Assembly: GCA_964016885.1 (NCBI GenBank)
Contig: OZ024742.1
Location: 273,420,001 to 273,484,000, forward strand
Direction: 5' to 3'
Origin: Eledone cirrhosa
Lineage: Eukaryota
DNA length: 64,000 nucleotides
The notes below the pieces were generated by a model that saw only the letters and a program-made list of their open reading frames with translations, was not told where the DNA came from and made no database searches. Both the position numbers and the translations under genes were made by a program. Shown here one piece after another: positions 53,929-64,000 of the stretch; position 1 is the stretch's first letter, and every line of letters starts with the position of its first letter.

Positions 53929-56366
53929 AAAAGTTTTAATATTGATGAGATTCTACAGAAGCAAGTGTTTTAATATAGATGAGATTCTACAGGAGCAAAA
54001 GTTTTAATATAGCTGAGATTCTACAGGAGCAAAAGTTTTAATATAGCTGAGATTCTACAGAAGCAAGTGTTTTAATATAGATGAGATTCTACAGGAGCAA
54101 AAGTTTTAATATAGCTGAGATTCTACAGGAGAAAGTGTTTTAATATAGATGAGATTCTACAGGAGCAAAAGTTTTAATATAGATGAGATTCTACAGGAGA
54201 AAGTGTTTTAATATAGATGAGATTCTACAGGAGCCAAAGTTTTAATATAGATGAGATTCTACAGGAGCAAAAGTTTTAATATAGCTGAGATTCTACAGGA
54301 GAAAGTGTTTTAATATAGATGAGATTCTACAGGAGCAAAAGTTTTAATATAGATGAGATTCTACAGGAGCAAAAGTTTTAATATAGATGAGATTCTACAG
54401 GAGCCAAAGTTTTAATATAGATGAGATTCTACAGGAGCAAAAGTTTTAATATAGCTGAGATTCTACAGGAGAAAGTGTTTTAATATAGATGAGATTCTAC
54501 AGGAGCCAAAGTTTTAATATAGATGAGATTCTACAGGAGCAAAAGTTTTAATATAGATGAGATTCTACAGGAGCCAAAGTTTTAATATAGATGAGATTCT
54601 ACAGGAGCCAAAGTTTTAATATAGATGAGATTCTACAGGAGCAAGTGTTTTAATATAGATGAGATTCTACAGGAGCCAAAGTTTTAATATAGATGAGATT
54701 CTACAGAAGCAAGTGTTTTAATATAGATGAGATTCTACAGGAGCCAAAGTTTTAATATAGATGAGATTCTACAGGAGCAAGTGTTTTAATATAGATGAGA
54801 TTCTACAGGAGCAAGTGTTTTAATATAGATGAGATTCTACAAGAGCAAAAGTTTTAATATAGATGAGATTCTACAGGAGCAAAAGGTTTAATATAGATGA
54901 GATTCTACAAGAGCAAAAGTTTTAATATAGATCAGATTCTACAGGAGCTAAAGTTTTAATATAGATGAGATTCTACAGGAGCAAATGTTTTAATATAGAT
55001 GAGATTCTACAGGAGCCAAAGTTTTAATATAGATGAGATTCTACAGGAGCCAAAGTTTTAATATAGATGAGATTCTACAGAAGCAAGTGTTTTAATATAG
55101 TTGAGATTCTACAGGAGCAAGTGTTTTAATATAGATGAGATTCTACAGGAGCAAGTGTTTTAATATAGATGAGATTCTACAAGAGCAAAAGTTTTAATAT
55201 AGATGAGATTCTACAGGAGCAAGTGTTTTAATATAGATGAGATTCTACAGGAGCCAAAGTTTTAATATAGATGAGATTCTACAGGAGCCAAAGTTTTAAT
55301 ATAGATGAGATTCTACAGGAGCCAAAGTTTTAATATAGATGAGATTCTACAGAAGCAAGTGTTTTAATATAGATGAGATTCTACAGGAGCCAAAGTTTTA
55401 ATATAGATGAGATTCTACAGGAGCAAGTGTTTTAATATAGATGAGATTCTACAGGAGCCAAAGTTTTAATATAGCTGAGATTCTACAGGAGCAAGTGTTT
55501 TAATATAGATGAGATTCTACAGGAGCCAAAGTTTTAATATAGATGAGATTCTACAGGAGCAAAAGTTTTAATATAGATGAGATTCTACAGGAGCCAAAGT
55601 TTTAATATAGATGAGATTCTACAGGAGCCAAAGTTTTAATATAGATGTGATTCTACAGAAGCAAGTGTTTTAATATAGATGAGATTCTACAGGAGCCAAA
55701 GTTTTAATATAGATGAGATTCTACAGGAGCCAAAGTCTTAATATAGATGAGATTCTACAGGAGTAAAAGTTTTAATATAGATGAGATTCTACAGAAGCAA
55801 GTGTTTTAATATAGATGAGATTCTACAGGAGCAAAAGTTTTAATATAGATGAGATTCTACAGGAGCAAGTTTTTTAATATAGATGAGATTCTACAGGAGC
55901 AAGTGTTTTAATATAAAATGAGATTCTACAGGAGCCAAAGTTTTAATATAGATGAGATTCTACAGGAGCAAAAGTTTTAATATAGATGAGATTCTACAGA
56001 AGCAAGTGTTTTAATATAGATGAGATTCTACAGGAGCAAAAGTTTTAATATAGATGAGATTCTACAGGAGCAAGTTTTTTAATATAGATGAGATTCTACA
56101 GGAGCCAAAGTTTTAATATAGCTGAGATTCTACAGGAGCAAGTGTTTTAATATAGATGAGATTTTACAGGAGCAAAAGGTTTAATATAGATGAGATTCTA
56201 CAGAAGCAAGTGTTTTAATATAGATGAGATTCTACTGGAGCCAAAGTTTTAATATAGATGAGATTCTACAGAAGCAAGTGTTTTAATATAGATGAGATTC
56301 TACAGGAGCCAAAGTTTTAATATAGATGAGATTCTACAGGAGCCAAAGTTTTTAATATAGATTCTA
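53929..56366. repeat. 34-bp minisatellite array, about 70-72 copies
   Basis: Consensus gttttaatatagatgagattctacaggagcNNNN; period confirmed at 54001, 54035 and 54069; flanked by (TA)n. Confidence 0.97.
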
Positions 56367-56379
56367 TATATACATATAC

Positions 56380-56488
<109 letters not shown>

Positions 56489-56561
56489 CACATATATATA
56501 TATATATATATACATATATATGTATACACACATATATATATACATATATATATATATGTAT

Positions 56562-56658
<97 letters not shown>

Positions 56659-57186
56659 CATATATATATATTTCTTAGCACGTGGCCTGAATTCCTCTCA
56701 GAATTCATTGTCATGCGCATGTATTGTTTTTTTTGGCGGTAATTTACTTCCTCATTTTTTTAATCAGTTTGAGCACTTCTTTAAAACTGCTGGACTGGCA
56801 ACCTGACAGATACCTCAGGCACAGAGGATGATGATTATCGCTAAATACTGATGTTGGTTAGATTATCAAAATTAGTATTATTGGGTCACCCACTGATGAA
56901 TTATAGGAGCCCGCTTGAATATATATCTATTGATGGTATACAAGCTCCTACATAAATTGGTATAGTTTCACCCAAATTATAGGAATCCTACAATTAAACG
57001 AGACGTCCGTCTGGGAAGAGATATATTAAATATGTCTCATATGAAATAATACAGCCAATTTTCCACGCAATACTTTTAGTTAGCACCCCGAACACATAAT
57101 TGGGAATATAATCACTTATTTCCTAATGTTTGTTGAGTGAGTTGGAATTTGGACGGAGTATTGCTAAAAAGCTTTCTCCGGTATTG

Positions 57187-57241
<55 letters not shown>

Positions 57242-57435
57242 CCCTGGCGTCCCCTTTGTTTACGTGTCCCAACGACTTTTTTTAGCCGTTGTTCGCACCA
57301 ACCTGAGGCATATGGCCCTTAAAGCGATGAAATGCCTGGGACTGTTGGAGGGTCACTGATGAAGGACCTACTTTTTCACATGCCCCACCATTTGCAACGG
57401 GCAGCCTATTATTACCATATATATATATACATATA

Positions 57436-58146
57436 TCTTAATCCTAGTCTTAGTTCCTCCAGTCCCTTGTGGAACATTGGGCGACGAGCTTCCTCCACTT
57501 GATCCTGTCACTGGCGGCCCTTCTATCACCTCTTCAGGTAATTCCCATCTCCCGCAGGTCCCCCCTGAATGTGCTCCGCCATATCTTTCGTGGTCTTCCC
57601 CGTTCTCTCCTGCCACCTTCTGGTACCCAATCCATGGCAATATGAACAGGTCGGTCTGCCGGCAAACGAAGGATGTGGCCCGCGAACCGCCGTCTCCTTT
57701 TCCGGACAATGTCCCTTAACCTCTCCAATCCTGACCTCCTCATCACTTCCTCGTTGCTAACTTGGTCTCTCCATGTAATTTTCAATATGGTCCGAATGCA
57801 ACGACGGTAGAATATATCAAGCTTGTTACATACACTTACCGTACTCTTCCATGTCTCACAGGTATATATCGCTGTTGGTACTACAATTGACATGTAAACA
57901 CGGAATTTGACGGCGTTGCCGATGGAACACCTGGACCATACCGGACGGAGTCGCTGGAAGACCTCCGCTGCTTTTCCCAGCCATGTGCGCACATACACCT
58001 CAGTATCCCCATCGTCAGAGATATTGCTACCAATTTTACGCTGACCAACCATGGTCTTGGTTTTTTCACAACTGATGCGCAGGCCAACTTTCTCTGCATT
58101 GTCATTTCCTGCAGGTCTTCTCGGGAATGGCCTATCACAGCGATGT
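57436..58146 (-). mobile_element. 5'-truncated RTE-clade LINE
   Basis: IAVIGHSREDLQEM, AEKVGLRISCEKTKTM, YTCETWK, RCIRTILKITWRDQVSNEEV, FAGHILR, RGRPRKIW; short tandem tail (ctaaga/ctagga/ttaaga). Confidence 0.9.
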
Positions 58147-59800
58147 AGAATTTTTATATTTTTCAGCATCCATAATGACAACAGTACTTCCCTTGTCCAC
58201 TTCCTTAATTATAATGTCCGTATTGTTTTTTAGTTCATGGATAATCTCCCATTCCCTTCGACTCGTGTTTGGTTTGGGTTTAGGTTGCGGTAGTTCATGG
58301 TATGGAAAAGTAGCTATGTGGTCACAAAATTTGTCCAGATCTCTGTTTCTACCTTTTATTGGGTTGTAGCTGCTTGTATTCCGATTAATTGATTGGGTGT
58401 TATTCTCCTTGTCAAAAAATTCCTCTGTGAGACGTAATTTTCTACACAAGTGTGAGATATCGTCATTTATCTCATTGAGGTTTGAGTATTGTGGTGTTGG
58501 TCTGAATTTCAGTCCTTTGGGGAGAATTTTAACTTGTTGGGCTGAGAGGTTTGTATTTGAAAGGTTGATTATTTTCGGTTTTTCAAAGTCGGTTTGTGCC
58601 TCCGGGTCCTGGCCTTGGTCTAAAAAATGATTTTTCTAGAAAGTTTTTTCAATGGTATGACTATATCTTACGGGGTCGATAAAATAAAGTACCAGTAATG
58701 CACTGGGTAATTGCTGGTCTTGTGCCAAAAGTAGAAACAATTATTATATCTAATGGCATTCCCCTGTTTTTGTGTGGTCTTGTATAGAAGTTTAGGACGT
58801 ATTGAGGTTCGGTTTGTTGATAGTCCGGGTTGTAGATTCTGTTCCTTTGTGTGGGTTGGGATCTACGATTTTGGAACAGGTTCTGTTAGGGCAGGGGTCT
58901 ACGGTTTGGGAATAGGTTTTGTGTGGGTTGTGATCTGCGTAGCGGGTTCTGTCTCTTGTTGGGGGATCTTCGGTTTTTGTTTGTAGGATTATAGTTTTCT
59001 CTATGGGTTTCGGGATTATCGTCATACTTTTGATGGGGGTATGTTGGACGTTTTGTTACTTTCTTTGTTATTTGTTGTGCATGTGGTGTGTGAGTTTTAG
59101 TTTGTTTTAAAAATAGGTTACCTGTATGTTGTTCATTTTTGAAATCCATTTCGTAGTTGTTGAAACAGTTGGCGTTTTTTTCCCATCGCTGGAGAGATGT
59201 TAGTTCTTCATCCTCACAATTTTCTTTCCAAAGTTTTAAGGTTTTTTTCATAGAGTAGGCCTTCAGAGAGCCTTTAGATTTCTGTTTCCATCTGTTGGTC
59301 GAGTGACTTGAATTTTTCTTCGTTGGAGTTGGCTCTTAATCGCAACAGTTCTATTTCTATTTTAAACTTTTCTAAGGCCATCTTTTCCCTAAGACTTTGT
59401 TGGTTTTCTGGTTCATTCGGGATCGGTTTTATTTGGAGTTTTTTGGGGTGGATGATTGGAGTAGAGTTTAGCCACATTTCATATATGTCTGCCTTGCCAT
59501 TATTTTTTAGGAGATTCCAAAAGGCGAATTTGCGGGCTGTTAGCTTTTGAGTCCATATATTGATTAGGGTGTTTTTCACTGAGTGGACATCTCGTAGACT
59601 GGGTTCTAATGGTTGTTCCAACTTTTGGAGCATTGCTGTTTCAATGGTTTCGATTAGTTTAGTTAATGCTGGAGTAATATTCGTCTCATGGGTATTTTCT
59701 CTTTTTCGTGGGGTCCTTTTTTTATAGATATACATTTGGTCCACTTTGTTGGTCAACATTGAAAGTTTAGAGGAAATCTCTTTGAATTCATTTAAGATGT
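58147..59800 (-). mobile_element. 5' part of a Neptune-like PLE: upstream helical ORF remnant (about 58630-59800) followed by the RT N-terminus up to the DKG motif
   Basis: IINLSNTNLS...L.KGLKF.PTP, CRKLRL.E.F, LDKFCDHI..FPY, IIIKEVDKGSTVVIMD, homologous to 46150-46550. Upstream ORFs 59274-59759 and 58886-59251 are collinear on the same strand. Confidence 0.82.
58669..58745 (+). mobile_element. Short 5'-truncated SINE inserted in the PLE
   Basis: tacggggtcgataaaataaagtaccag...gtagaaacaattat; flanking tatatct duplication. Confidence 0.8.
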
Positions 59801-60659
59801 CCTAGTTCAGTGAGTTGTTGTTTTGTTGAGACTTTGGTGGCATGTTCGGTCTTCGTCTGGTGGGTATGTATTAGAAAGTGAGGTTTTTTTACAAAATAAA
59901 AAATAACCGAGATGTCCTACACGAATGAAAGTATAAAGAAAAAAAGATGAAATCGAAAATGCAACTGGAGTCTTATATTTTAAAAAATATATATATTTAT
60001 TTGGTTCCTTTACCGGTTTCGCAGTTCTTCTGCTTTTCAAAAGTAGAGTTGAGATGGAGGGTCTGTGGTTTTTCTCACGTCTGGTTGGTCTTTGAATGTT
60101 ACATGTTTTATATGGAAAAAAGTGGCTCAAAACGCCAGGTTTTTAGAGAAGTAATTTGATTGGTTGGTCAATAAGTATAATAAATTTCGTGCCTGTTCAC
60201 GTTACAAAGTTCTTCAAACAAGGGGGAGGGGGCTCAGGTTCTGTTTTCATATATGAGTGAAGCTTGGTTGGTTGATGCAGTCACGTGAATAAACACATCA
60301 GCTTTCGCGTCAGTTTGTTTGAATTTCTTTTTACTTTAAAAACAAAGTGACTCACGAAGGCTTCATTAAATTTCGCACCCGTATCTGGGAATTTATTGTG
60401 TTGTCTTTTAGAGAATTTTAATAATGCAAATAAAAGATAATGATCAAGAAAAATGGGATGGGAGAATTGTTCTGGTTTAGTGTATATGGGTGGTTCGCTG
60501 GGGTGTCAGAATTCAGACTTTCTTTTAGAAATAAAGAAAGTAGAGATATGTATGTTTATTTGTGTGCTTGTGTCTGTGTGTATAGGAAGATGATTCTATT
60601 AGTAGAAATGGGGGAGGGAGTTGTGTGTATATGTGTGTTATGTGTGTGTGGGTGTAAAT

Positions 60660-61600
60660 AAGTGTTATGTTTATATCTACTAATGGTACGTATATTTACT
60701 ATTATTAAATTGTTAGAATTCATTTCTAATATAATATAATATAATATTTACTATTATACGTAGATAGAAAAATAAATATATTAAAAATAAATATATATTA
60801 AAAATATGTTGAAAAATAAGTTGAAAAATAAATAGATGGAAAGATAGATATATAGAAGTATCAATAGATAGGAAAATAGATATATACAAAAATAGATATA
60901 TGAACGGATAGATGGGTATATCTTGTTATATATAATTGTTTTAATGAGTTAGGAGTGATATTGGTTTATGTTTATTGTAAGTATTTAAGCTAACAGAGTT
61001 AATAAGAATATTTATATATTTTAAATGCTTTAATTTAGGAAGATACGGAAAAGACCACCAGTTTTGTTTCTCTATTAGTTAGTATGAGAAGATTTTGTGA
61101 AAGATATAAATGTTGAAAGATATATTTAGCTTGAATTAGTTATTGGTTATTAATCTAATAAAAGATATAAAAAATTATTTATTGAAAATATTAGAAGTTC
61201 TGGAAAATTATCGGAAAATATTTAAAAAATACTTTAAAAACATTTAAAAAACATTTTTAAAATATTAAAACAAATACTTAAAAAATACTTTTAAAATATT
61301 TTTAAAATATTTAAAAAACATTAAAAAAATCTTTAAAAATGATTTTTAAAAAAAATTAAAGTTTAATTCAAAAATATTTTATACGAGATAAGGAGATTTT
61401 GAAAAAAAAAAGTAATTTTTAAATATATGATATATTTTGGAAGTAAAAATATTTTGGAACTAGAAAATAATAAATAATGAAAAATAAAGATTTAAGAAGT
61501 AAAAAAATAAAAATACAAAATAAAAAATAAATAATTAAAAAACCTTAAAAAATATTAAAATTAAAGTTAAAATTAAAAATTAAATTTTAAAAGTTTTATG
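60660..61600. repeat. Extremely AT-rich low-complexity tract
   Basis: Runs of aaaatattt/taaaaaa-type degenerate repeats. Confidence 0.8.
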
Positions 61601-61689
61601 ATCCTATATGTATATAATATAAGAGATTTTAATAAGTGAAGTTATAAGAAGTGAACATATAGCAAACAATATATGGAAATAATTAGAAA

Positions 61690-62965
61690 TATTATAAGTG
61701 TAATTATAGTTTATATATAGTTCTAAATGCTGTATGCGATGTTTACAAGAACTAAATAAATTCGTACGTATATTAATAGAGTTCTTACATTTAAGTATGA
61801 AGAAAATTTCCTCAACACACAATTTGCAAAATCTAGATAAAACTGTGTTTCAGTAGGCAGGTGCTTTGAAATTATTTCCCAAGTTAAAGAATACTACGTA
61901 TTTTTGGATTTTTAGTTCCATATCAGGTTTGATAGAGAAGTTGAAGATTTTTTACCAATATTATTAAACGAGCATTTATGATTATTAAAACGAGTTTTAA
62001 AGTCTATAGGAGTTGAACCTACATATATTATCACTGGTTTTGACTGTGCATTTTAGACCACATCCTTATCTAAGCACTTATTTTTTAAAGGACAGTTTGA
62101 TTTAATTCTACAATTACATTTAGCGGAGTTGATGTTATTCGGAACAGTATTATTATGTTGGATATTGCTAGAGATATTACTGCTATTTGGGTTATGGTTT
62201 AGATTTCTATTATTCATTCTATTTATATATTGTGCTAGGTTCGTAGTAGTAGAGTAATATAGTTTTATTGTATGTCTGTTAAAGAATGGGTGATATCTAT
62301 GGGCTTTGGGAAAACATTTATCTAGAGCTTTAAATAATAGTTAAGCTAAAGTTATTTTAACGCTTAATGAAAATGGAGGTGAATACCAAATTATATTTCT
62401 AGTTCTATTTCTTCTGTTAATTTTAGAGTTTACGTTAGGTTTTATTATAATTATAATTAATAGTAGGGTTATTTCCCTTATTACTGTTGTCGATGTGTTT
62501 AATCTTATTTATATAGCCTGCTCTAGTTAAAGCTTCATTATAATATTCTGTCTAATCATCAAAAATGTTTTTATTAGCGGAGATTCGACAAAAATACGTT
62601 GTTGTATAGAATTTACAAAAGTGTTCTTAATAGATCTAGGATGATTAGAGTTGAAGCTTACATAGTTTAAATTCTCATTAATTTTATGGAATGGATAGTA
62701 GAGTCCTGTGTTAAGGTTTAACGTTTCGTCTAAAAAGTTATCAATTTTATAGTTATTCTCTATTTCTAACTTTAGATTGTAGCTATTGAAAAATTGTATT
62801 ATTGATTTTCTTTTTCTATTAATTTCACAATTACTATTATTGTCAATTAAAAGCAGCATATTATCACGATATGAACCACAGGTCATCTCCGGTATTTTTC
62901 TATGTAGTGTATTATTAATAAATAGTCCCACAAGATCCGTTATTTGCGCCGAGTCATGGGGTCAT

Positions 62966-62968
<3 letters not shown>
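61690..62968 (-). mobile_element. Hydra-like PLE, 5'-truncated at a (TA)n tract
   Basis: HDSAQITDLVGL, YRDNML, NFLDETLNL, YVSFNSNHP, NIIWYSPPFS, CNCRIKSNCP...C, HKCSF, C.LCVEE...N.RTNLFSSCKHR. Confidence 0.85.
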
Positions 62969-63020
<52 letters not shown>

Positions 63021-63026
<6 letters not shown>

Positions 63027-64000
63027 TATGAAGAGAGAAGAAACATTTAGATATAATTAGTAATAAAATGTATCATACCTAAACTGCTCCTAAATTCCTC
63101 GACTACGTAGTTTCGTGGCATAAACAAAAACAATATATCATAAAGATATAGAGTCCCTGCGAGGTCTGCCGACTTATCAAGAGGATACCTCATTTTACTA
63201 GCCTCAAGAACGCGTCTACACGACGTGAGAAAGAATCCCAAAAGGCGGAGGGGGAGATAGTCACGCGATATAACGGTCGAGAAACAGAGCTAAGCCTCTT
63301 ATAACCACGAAGAAAATACCACGGAGGCGGAGGGGGTATTCATATCGAGGCCGCAGAAGAGGTGGTGAAGAAGGCTAGAAGTATGAGTAATGGAAGCTTT
63401 CCAGTTGTCCCCACACTTCAAAGATTGCTCGACCAGAGGGAGTTATTAACAATATATTTAGAAACACACAGATACATGCGGACACACACATATATACATG
63501 AATGCATCCGCACCCAACTGTGAGTTAAGGGTGCCAACTTCACCGATGTTGCTCAATGAATGACCGGGACAGACCAATTCAGTTGAACCAGACTGAACCA
63601 GTATCAGAGTTAAAAATACATTATGAAGAGAGAAGAAACATTTAGATATAATTAGTAATAAAATGTATCATACCTAAACTGCTCCTAAATTCCTCGACTA
63701 CGTAGTTTCGTGGCATAAACAAAAACAATATATCATAAAGATATAGAGTCCCTGCGAGGTCTGCCGACTTATCAAGAGGATACCTCATTTTACTAGTCTC
63801 AAGAACGCGTCTACACGACGTGAGAAAGAATCCCAAAAGGCGGAGGGGGAGATAGTCACGCGATATAATGGTCGAGAAACAGAGCTACGCCTCTTATAAC
63901 CACGAAGAAAATACCACGGAGGCGGAGGGGGTGTTCATATCGAGGCCGCAGAAGAGGTGGTGAAGAAGGCTAGAAGTATGAGTAATGGAAGCTTTCCAGT
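63021..64000. repeat. Near-identical direct duplication, period 595 bp (63021-63405 and 63616-64000), truncated by the window end
   Basis: About four substitutions over about 385 aligned bases. Confidence 0.93.

Noticed and set aside
53929-56366. CRISPR array (34-bp repeats beginning GTTTT)
   Set aside because: Units are contiguous with no unique spacers, there are no cas genes, and the context is eukaryotic.
63047-63836. Duplicated 64-aa ORF as a small gene pair
   Set aside because: The ORF identity simply reflects the recent DNA duplication; it has a non-ATG start and no motif.

Overview
Repeat-saturated eukaryotic (animal) DNA with no intact protein-coding gene that I can support. The (TA)n/(CA)n/(ATT)n microsatellite load and the tRNA-derived Nin-domain-type SINE suggest a cephalopod (octopus-like) genome; this is inference. 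The window is mostly decayed mobile elements. It holds two Ty3/Gypsy remnants, two RTE LINE fragments, and Penelope-like elements (PLEs) resembling three clades (Naiad-, Neptune- and Hydra-like). It also holds a non-autonomous Helitron, SINE arrays, a 2.4-kb 34-bp minisatellite and many fold-back palindromes. An 18-kb nest (21.4-39.6 kb) stacks R4/Dong-type RLE elements, Tx1-type L1 elements and SINEs at (ATT)n runs with strict strand polarity. The main signals are: (1) at least five sequence-unrelated families of minimal hammerhead-ribozyme motifs in non-coding repeats, including a 2-kb non-coding element with inverted hammerhead-bearing ends; (2) the (ATT)n landing-pad nest, with a full-length Tx1 element flanked by ATT on both sides; (3) a Neptune-like PLE with a long upstream helical ORF and a U-UUU-UUA slippery-type heptamer at the junction; (4) a minisatellite whose unit has the spacing of a degenerate hammerhead core. 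All assignments come from reading motifs by eye; no searches or folding were run.
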